Of a stretch of 53,201 bases of DNA, positions 46,070 to 53,201 are shown piece after piece (within the stretch, counting starts at the first letter, position 1; each line of letters begins with the position of its first letter). Position numbers and translations under genes: made by a program. The notes under the pieces are model-generated. The model saw only the letters and a list, made by a program, of their open reading frames with translations, had not been told where the DNA came from and searched no databases. The DNA is from Chloroflexota bacterium. GTDB taxonomy: Bacteria; Chloroflexota; Limnocylindria; Limnocylindrales; CSP1-4. The stretch is from the NCBI GenBank assembly GCA_040905225.1, contig JBBDRY010000096.1, forward strand, positions 43,099-96,299, written 5' to 3'.

Positions 46070-46699
46070 GTGTCCGCACAGGAGCCTGACGGCGGGTATC
46101 TGGACCGAGACCTGTGGCACCCGCCCCAGTTGGTCGGGCGGCTTGTCGCGCTCCGCCGGCCGCACCAGGACGACCTCTCCGCGGTCGTGCGCTGGTATCG
46201 CGATCGTGAGATCGCCCGTCTGACCCGATACCAGGCCCGACCGATGAGTGTGGCCGAGGTGGAGCGCTTCTTCCAGCACCGCATGCTGGCCCCCGACGCG
46301 TTGGCCTATTCGATAGTCGAGCTGCCGGACTGGCGGTTGATCGGCTTCACGACGTTCAGCTCGCTCGACGGGGACAACGGCTCTGTCATGTTCCACATCA
46401 CGATCGGAGAACCCGACGCATGGGGCCGCGGCCTGGGGACCGAGGTGACCGAGTTGATGCTCGGGCACGCCTTCGAGCGGCTGGGTCTGCATCGCGTGGG
46501 CTTGAGCGTGTTCTCGTACAACGTGCGCGCCATCAGTGCATACGAGAAGGCCGGTTTCCGGACCGAGGGCCGCCAGCGGGAGGCGATCCTGCGCGACGGC
46601 CGTTACTGGGACGAGATCCAGATGGGCGTGCTCGCCGGGGAGTGGCTCGAGCATCACTACGGACGCGCGGGAGTGGCCGACGAAGTGCTGGTTCCTTGA
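46070..46699 (+). CDS. GNAT family N-acetyltransferase (RimJ/RimL-like)
   Basis: 209 aa. IGEPDAWGRGLGTEVTELMLGHAFERLGLHRV is the acetyl-CoA-binding Q/RxxGxG/A motif region. Confidence 0.8.
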   Translation: MSAQEPDGGYLDRDLWHPPQLVGRLVALRRPHQDDLSAVVRWYRDREIARLTRYQARPMSVAEVERFFQHRMLAPDALAYSIVELPDWRLIGFTTFSSLDGDNGSVMFHITIGEPDAWGRGLGTEVTELMLGHAFERLGLHRVGLSVFSYNVRAISAYEKAGFRTEGRQREAILRDGRYWDEIQMGVLAGEWLEHHYGRAGVADEVLVP

Positions 46700-46974
46700 G
46701 GAGTAGCGGCCCGGCCGCAGACGCCGCGCGGCGCGACTTCCGCGAGCTGATCGATGCGAAGGGCCACGCGGTGGACAACGCCCGCGCCGCGGTAGAACGA
46801 CTCGAGGCGGCGTTCGCCGAGGGCGCGCTGATACGTACTCCCGCAATCGATCAGACGCTCGCCGATCTGCGCCTCGCCCTCGAGCAGGACGAAGGTCAGA
46901 AGCTCGGCGGTAAGAGCGCCGAGGCCGCCCGGTTCATCACCCGTGCGCTGGCACGGCTGATCGAGGACGCATGA
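46696..46974 (+). CDS. hypothetical small helical protein
   Basis: The TTG at 46696 overlaps the GNAT stop (TTGA). 92 aa, helical and charged. No motif I recognise. Confidence 0.3.
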   Translation: MRSSGPAADAARRDFRELIDAKGHAVDNARAAVERLEAAFAEGALIRTPAIDQTLADLRLALEQDEGQKLGGKSAEAARFITRALARLIEDA

Positions 46975-46981
46975 GGTCGGC

Positions 46982-47437
46982 TTAGTCGCACAGGAAGTAG
47001 GCCCGCGGGCCGTCGTGCCGCGTGAGCGTGATCACGGCACCGAGCGGCGTGCGCAGCTCGATCGAGTTCGGGTCGATCAGGACGACGACAGTGGGCGTCG
47101 CGTTGATCAGCTCCCCGGTGTGTTCTTCTGTGAGCGCTCCCCCTGCGCCGTTGTGCGCGGCCGTCGGGTCCCACAGGCTGCCATCCATATCAATCGGCGA
47201 CATGAGCCCGCAATGCCCGAGCGTGAAGGTGCGTGCGACTCCCACCTCAAGCTCGCCACGCGGCGTGTGCGCAGCAATAACGGCGGTGTTCGGATTGCCC
47301 TGCTCGGGGATTCCTGACACGTTCTGTGGCAGCGGCAGCGTCGCCGGCGTCGGCGTTGGGAAGGCCGTGGGGGCCGGTACGACCGATCCGCAGCCGACTA
47401 ACAGGAACGCGGCGAAGGCAGCCAGGATGAAGCGCAT
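46982..47437 (-). CDS. hypothetical lipoprotein
   Basis: The ATG at 47437 gives MRFILAAFAAFLLVGCGSVV, a signal peptide plus lipobox. 151 aa. Confidence 0.6.
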   Translation of the reverse strand: MRFILAAFAAFLLVGCGSVVPAPTAFPTPTPATLPLPQNVSGIPEQGNPNTAVIAAHTPRGELEVGVARTFTLGHCGLMSPIDMDGSLWDPTAAHNGAGGALTEEHTGELINATPTVVVLIDPNSIELRTPLGAVITLTRHDGPRAYFLCD

Positions 47438-47490
47438 GCCACCCAGAGGCGCCGCGTCGAACTGGTTCCTGGCCGCGCATACACTCGGCC

Positions 47491-48099
47491 GTGATGAGCA
47501 GCTTTCTGGGCCGCGGCCCGCGCGTGAGCGAGGCACAGAAGAAACGCATCCCGCCAGGCCAATACTTCACCGAGAAGTGGCCGGTGCTCCACTACGGGTC
47601 CGTGCCACGTGTTGACCTGAAGACCTGGGACTTCAAGGTCTGGGGCGAGGTCGACAACCCGTTCGAGTTCGGCTGGGCCGAGTTCAAGGAGATGCCGCGC
47701 AAGCAGATCCACACCGACATCCATTGCGTCACGCGCTGGTCGCGACTCGACATGGACTTCGAGGGCGTGCCCATCCAGCACATCCTCGAGCGCGCACGAA
47801 TTCGTGCGTCGGCCAAGTTCGTAGTCGTCCACGCGGAGCAGGGCTACACGACCAATCTGCCTCTAGCAGTGCTGGACGACGACGACGTCCTGCTGGCCGA
47901 TATCGCCGATGGCGCCCCGCTGACGCCCGACCACGGCTACCCGCTCCGGCTAGTCGTCCCCAAGCGCTATTTCTGGAAGAGCGCCAAGTGGGTCCGCGGG
48001 CTTCAGTTCACGGCGGCCGATAAGCCGGGCTTCTGGGAGCGCTACGGCTACAACAACAATGCCGATCCGTGGAAGGAAGAGCGCTTCAGCGACGACTGA
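47491..48099 (+). CDS. sulfite oxidase-like molybdopterin-binding oxidoreductase
   Basis: 202 aa. The motifs HTDIHCVTRWSRLD and GYPLRLVVPKRYFWKSAKWV are typical of the small bacterial sulfite-oxidase-fold family. Confidence 0.8.
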   Translation: MMSSFLGRGPRVSEAQKKRIPPGQYFTEKWPVLHYGSVPRVDLKTWDFKVWGEVDNPFEFGWAEFKEMPRKQIHTDIHCVTRWSRLDMDFEGVPIQHILERARIRASAKFVVVHAEQGYTTNLPLAVLDDDDVLLADIADGAPLTPDHGYPLRLVVPKRYFWKSAKWVRGLQFTAADKPGFWERYGYNNNADPWKEERFSDD

Positions 48100-48104
48100 G
48101 CACC

Positions 48105-48404
48105 ATGCCCGCGCCAGAGCCAACGTTGCTGGTCGAGGACGAGTTCCGCGCCGAGCCGCAGGCCTGGTTCTCGACGTTCGAGGATGCGCTTGAGGAGTTA
48201 CGGCGCAGAGCCGACCTGCCATGGTACGGAGTGCCAAACAAAGCACCGTGCACGAGCTGGCGAACGTGCGGAAGGGACTACGACATCGTCGAGTACGACA
48301 CCTCCGCGGTGCCGTGGCGCGAGATATGGCGCGTCGCTGTGCTACGGATCGATGCCGCCGGCACACGTTGGTCCGCGCTCGGTCGCGCCACGGACTCTGG
48401 CTGA
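48105..48404 (+). CDS. hypothetical protein
   Basis: 99 aa from the ATG at 48105, 5 nt after the upstream stop. No motif I recognise. Confidence 0.4.
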   Translation: MPAPEPTLLVEDEFRAEPQAWFSTFEDALEELRRRADLPWYGVPNKAPCTSWRTCGRDYDIVEYDTSAVPWREIWRVAVLRIDAAGTRWSALGRATDSG

Positions 48405-48603
48405 CGGCAATGCATGGCGTTTGACACGCATAGCGCGTCAAACGACAGCTGAGCCGACCTGGGCGAGTGAGAGAACGCCCTCACGTGCCGATTTGATACG
48501 TCTAGGGGGTCGACTGACGTCTGAGGGCGCTTAGGAACTTGCCCACATGGGCTTCGGGCGTCCGTTGACACGCCCAGGGTGTCAAACAGGTCCGGGCGGC
48601 GGA

Positions 48604-48631
48604 ATCAAAACGGCGAGCCTTGCGGCTCGCC
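48604..48631 (-). terminator. intrinsic terminator downstream of the IscA/ErpA-type gene
   Basis: Perfect 8-bp stem GGCGAGCC/GGCTCGCC with a 4-nt loop. On the minus strand it is followed by GTTTTGATT. Confidence 0.65.
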
Positions 48632-48656
48632 GTCGATCGTCAGGTCGAGTGGGAGA

Positions 48657-49070
48657 TCAGTGGGAGCAACCGCCGGGGCTTCCCTCTGAATCGGCGGTTC
48701 GGAAGGAGCTTCCGCAGCCGCACGCTGAAACCGCGTTGGGGTTGTTGACCGTGAAGCCGGCACCCATGAGCGTGTCGAGGTAGTCGATCTCTGAGCCGAG
48801 CAGGTGCTGCGTGCTCTGGCGGTCGATGTACACGTTGATGCCCTTGCTCTGGACGGTGACGTCCTCAGAGCTGGGCTGGTCCTCCAGCATCATGCCGTAG
48901 CGGAAACCGGAGCAACCGCCGCTGTAAACGTAGACGCGCAGGCCCATCTGGGGGTTCTGCTCCGCCGTGACGAGCTCCTGGAGCTTGCCGGCAGCGGCGT
49001 CGCTGAGCACGACGAGCGGCTCAGAGGTCATGGGAATCTCGGGCGCGACCTGAGGTTCGGTGTTCAGCAT
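48657..49070 (-). CDS. erpA: IscA/HesB/ErpA-type iron-sulfur cluster insertion protein
   Basis: 137 aa with GGCSGFRYGM and the C-terminal CGCGSSF cluster-ligand motifs. The start may instead be the internal Met 13 codons downstream. Confidence 0.85.
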   Translation of the reverse strand: MLNTEPQVAPEIPMTSEPLVVLSDAAAGKLQELVTAEQNPQMGLRVYVYSGGCSGFRYGMMLEDQPSSEDVTVQSKGINVYIDRQSTQHLLGSEIDYLDTLMGAGFTVNNPNAVSACGCGSSFRTADSEGSPGGCSH

Positions 49071-49080
49071 GGATCAGAGT

Positions 49081-51140
49081 CTACCGCAGAAGAGAAGTCA
49101 TGAGCTGAATGAAGACGAGGACCAGCACGATGACCAGGATGGCCATGCCGATCGTCAGGATGGCGGTCAGGATCTGCGAGGGTTCCTTTCCCTCGGAGAT
49201 GGCGTCCTCGTTGCCATCGTTGACATCGTCCGGCTCAGTGGCGAGGAACCACAGATCCGACTGATCCTGGGCTGACACGGCAGGAAGAGCGGCGCTCGCG
49301 ACCATGCGCGGGCTGGCAGCTGGCAGGGGCTGGCTGCGCTCGGGCTCGACGTAAGGCGGCGGGGCGAACGCGGGCGCAGCGACAGATGCGTGCGGGATGA
49401 GTTGCTGCGTCACTGGGCTCGCCATCGCGGCTGGACCGAGCGGCGCATAAGGCATCGGCTCTTGCGGCGCGGCGTATGCAGGCGGTGGCGCGAACACGGG
49501 TCGTGACGCGGTCGGCGCGGCGGGAAGTCCCGCCAGCGGGTCACCCGCCGATGCCGGCTGCGCCCAGGGCGGGGCTGCCGCTGGAGCTGGCTCGACGACG
49601 GGTGGCGGAGCAAACGACGGGGCGCCGGCCTGGGTGGGCGCAACGGTCGGCACGGACATGCTGTCCACGTTGGGCCACGCTGCCTGAGCGAAGGATGCCG
49701 GCGCGGGTCCCCATGGCGGCATGGGCGCGGTTGCGGGTTGGAACGCAGCCGGCATTTCTGTGGGCTGGACGAATTGCGGCTGCTGCCAGTCGGGCGGGGA
49801 CACGGGAGCTTGCTGAGGGTTTTGCCACGGCGCCGGGGCGACCGCTTGGACCGGAGCAACGGGCGCGGTCGGCTGCGGCGCGGTCGGCTCGATCCACTGG
49901 GCAGGAGCTTCGGGCACAAATGGCGACAGCTCAACGGGCGCCGCGTCGTGGACGCCGCCGTTATTTCCGCGCGGCTCGAAAGCCGGATGGCGCGGTGTCA
50001 CGTGCGCAACTTCCGCCCTGGCCGGCTCAGGTGTAGCTGGCGGGAAGTCGAGCTCGTTGACTCTCCGGGCGGCTTCGGCTGCGCTTACTAGACGGTGCGA
50101 ATCATCGAGGATGGCGAGCTCAATCCGAACGACGAGTGGCGCCTGCGGGGCTGGCGCGGTCGAATAGGGCTGCGCGGGCTGTGGCATCTGCTGCGGGGTT
50201 TCCGGTTGTGGCTGCTCCACGGCTGCGGCAGGCACAGGTTCGGGAGCTGGATCGATCGGCGCGAAGGGCTCGGGTTCCGAAGGCAGGGGTTCCGTAGCTG
50301 CGGGCTCGGGCGGGTCAGCGTGGGCGAATGTCGCAACACCGTTACCGAATAGACCCGCGGGCGGCGTGGGGCCAAATCCGGTCTGTGCGAAGCCGGTTGG
50401 CTCCACGGCGGCTGGCGGCGAATCATTCTGAATTGCGGTGGATTCGGGCCAGCTCATCGCAGGCTCGGCCGGCTCATGCCAGTCGGCAGTCGCGGCCAAT
50501 GGTGCGCCGACCGGCTCTGAAGAGGCGCCAGACACCGGGGCCTGGGCGATCCGCTCAGCCGAGATGGTTGGGTCGTTGCGGCCTGAGTCGTGGCCATTCG
50601 GTTCCGGCCATGCATGAGCGACAGGCTGGGATACGTCGCCGAGCACGGGGGCATAAGCGTCGTCCGGGTCCGTGGCAACGGACTGGCCGACAAACTCGTT
50701 GCTTGCCACACTCGCGCTGACGACCGTGGCCACGGGAGCCGCGTGCATCGGCCATGCGGGCATTTGACCTGCCGGGCTGTCGGGGTTCGCATCGAACATG
50801 TCGGGCGTGCGATCGTCCACGGGATCAGGATCGACCCAGTCGTCCGCGGTCGGCCGGTCCCAGGCCGGCTCGTCTGGCGCGGCTGTGTCGAGGGTGGCCG
50901 TGTCGGTCGGCGGGTCGAAGTCGGTTGGGCGATCCCACGGAACGTCGTCGCGCACCGGAGGGGTCCACACTGGCGCGTCGTCCGGAGCGGGCGTCCACGC
51001 GGGTGCGCCCTCGGCTGACTGTTGTGTGGGCGGTGTCCAGTCCTCGGTCGGATCGGCCGGATGCATCGATGGCGGCTGATTAGTCGTCTGCATTGGCTCT
51101 GACGGAGGTCGAAGCCGCCGGGCCATCAGGTCGTTGTCCA

Positions 51141-51141
<1 letters not shown>
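49081..51141 (-). CDS. proline/alanine-rich, acidic, C-terminally tail-anchored protein
   Basis: The ATG at 51141 shares one base with the thiolase stop (TGATG). About 686 aa of low complexity with W-x-P-P-type motifs. It ends in a single C-terminal TM helix (ILTAILTIGMAILVIVLVLVFIQLM). Confidence 0.6.
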
Positions 51142-52382
<1,241 letters not shown>

Positions 52383-52478
52383 GCGCAGATTGTAGGAGCG
52401 GTGCCCATATGCACCGGCATAGCCCAAAGGTCACGCCGCTGGGCGCCATTGCAGTACCCGAACGGCAGCGCGGGCTTC

Positions 52479-53201
52479 CTAGATCGACGCCACCTGCCAC
52501 AGGGATCGCGCCACGCGGAAACGTTCGCCGTGGCGTGATTCAAGCCGCGCCAATCCCTGGATGACGTTCCTCAAACCTATCTGTCCAGCGCGCTCAAACG
52601 GACCGTGCGGGTGATTGGCGCCGAGCTTCAACGCGCGATCTATGTCAGGTGGGTGAGCGACCCCCTCGCCAGCCGCGTGATAAGCCTCGTTGATGATCGC
52701 CAGCTCGATGCGCTCGACGATTTCAATGTCCGTCAAATCGGAGTCGGCAGGCGCGTGGACGCCGACTTCCGCCAGACTGGTCGACAGTCCGGTAGATCGG
52801 CCGTCCTCATATCGGTAGAAGCCCTCGCCGGTCTTTCGCCCCAGCCGTCCGCTCGCGACCAGGCCGCGCTGGATATCCGAAGGCGTGAATCGGACGGCCT
52901 CTTCGAAGCCCTGCCAGAGCGCTGTCGCCACGGCGAGGTTCACGTCGATGCCGACGAGATCCATCAGGGCCATCGGGCCCATCGGATAACCGGCCGACTG
53001 GACTGCCCGATCGATCTGCTCCACGCCTGCCTCGCCCGCCTCGAGCATGCGCAGCGCCTCGAGCGTGAACGGCCGATTGACCCTGTTCACGATGAACCCG
53101 GGGGCGTCTGCGCTGACGATAGGCTGCTTCCCGAGTCCCTCGACGAAGGCGACGGCGCGGTCGAGGGTCTCTTGGCCGGTCTTCGGAGTGGCGACTACCT
53201 C
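52479..53201 (-). CDS. 3-hydroxyacyl-CoA dehydrogenase (N-terminal part lies outside the window)
   Basis: The frame stays open to the window edge: upstream of the track's Met the sequence continues ...APGFIVNRVNRPF. The C-terminal dimerisation domain motifs (GYPMGPMALMDLVGIDV, LKLGANHPHGPFE) are present. Confidence 0.85.
   Translation of the reverse strand, partial: EVVATPKTGQETLDRAVAFVEGLGKQPIVSADAPGFIVNRVNRPFTLEALRMLEAGEAGVEQIDRAVQSAGYPMGPMALMDLVGIDVNLAVATALWQGFEEAVRFTPSDIQRGLVASGRLGRKTGEGFYRYEDGRSTGLSTSLAEVGVHAPADSDLTDIEIVERIELAIINEAYHAAGEGVAHPPDIDRALKLGANHPHGPFERAGQIGLRNVIQGLARLESRHGERFRVARSLWQVASI

Overview
This is a 53.2-kb high-GC bacterial chromosomal window (about 70% GC by eye, not computed). 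Gene content looks monoderm/actinobacterium-like (LCP, S8 protease, LuxR-LAL), but the lineage cannot be fixed from sequence alone.

(1) 0.7-16.9 kb is a purine-to-glyoxylate catabolic supercluster. It holds a three-subunit xanthine dehydrogenase, a zinc-ribbon/cyclase/ATPase/TPR signalling protein, malate synthase A, a hydantoinase-type amidohydrolase and DUF3830. It also holds HIU hydrolase, OHCU decarboxylase, uricase, MocA and XdhC. Allantoate- and ureidoglycolate-processing enzymes are not recognisable.

(2) 17-31.5 kb holds mixed genes:
- an S8 protease whose propeptide carries about 22 YAL-type hexapeptide repeats, and a TrmB regulator
- a DUF255 thioredoxin-domain protein, CopC, a HAD hydrolase with no canonical start, LCP and a cupredoxin
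- a LuxR-LAL regulator with a lysine-less P-loop, a DPPY methyltransferase, an SRPBCC protein and an M20D amidohydrolase

(3) About 31.6-40.36 kb is a visibly lower-GC island. It ends in a large serine recombinase whose ORF runs into a tRNA-Ile with the unusual anticodon UAU.
- The island carries a tightly coupled minus-strand module: a TIGR02391/HEPN-like protein, a 3-TM protein and two paralogous proline-rich micro-ORFs.
- It also carries a minimal transglutaminase-like protease, a metzincin-like secreted protein plus a lipoprotein, a gene broken by an 8-bp tandem duplication, and a tRNA-Pro-like 3' fragment.
- The HEPN/TM module is my best candidate for an undescribed toxin or defence-type system.

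(4) 40.6-53.2 kb is housekeeping. It holds a PLP-fold protein lacking the Schiff-base lysine, a DUF5671-like membrane protein, an ATP-dependent DNA ligase and GNAT. It also holds a sulfite-oxidase-like Mo enzyme, an IscA/ErpA-type protein, a proline-rich tail-anchored protein, a thiolase and a 3-hydroxyacyl-CoA dehydrogenase.

No CRISPR array, rRNA or obvious IS element was seen. All family calls are motif recognition by eye, and no database search was run.
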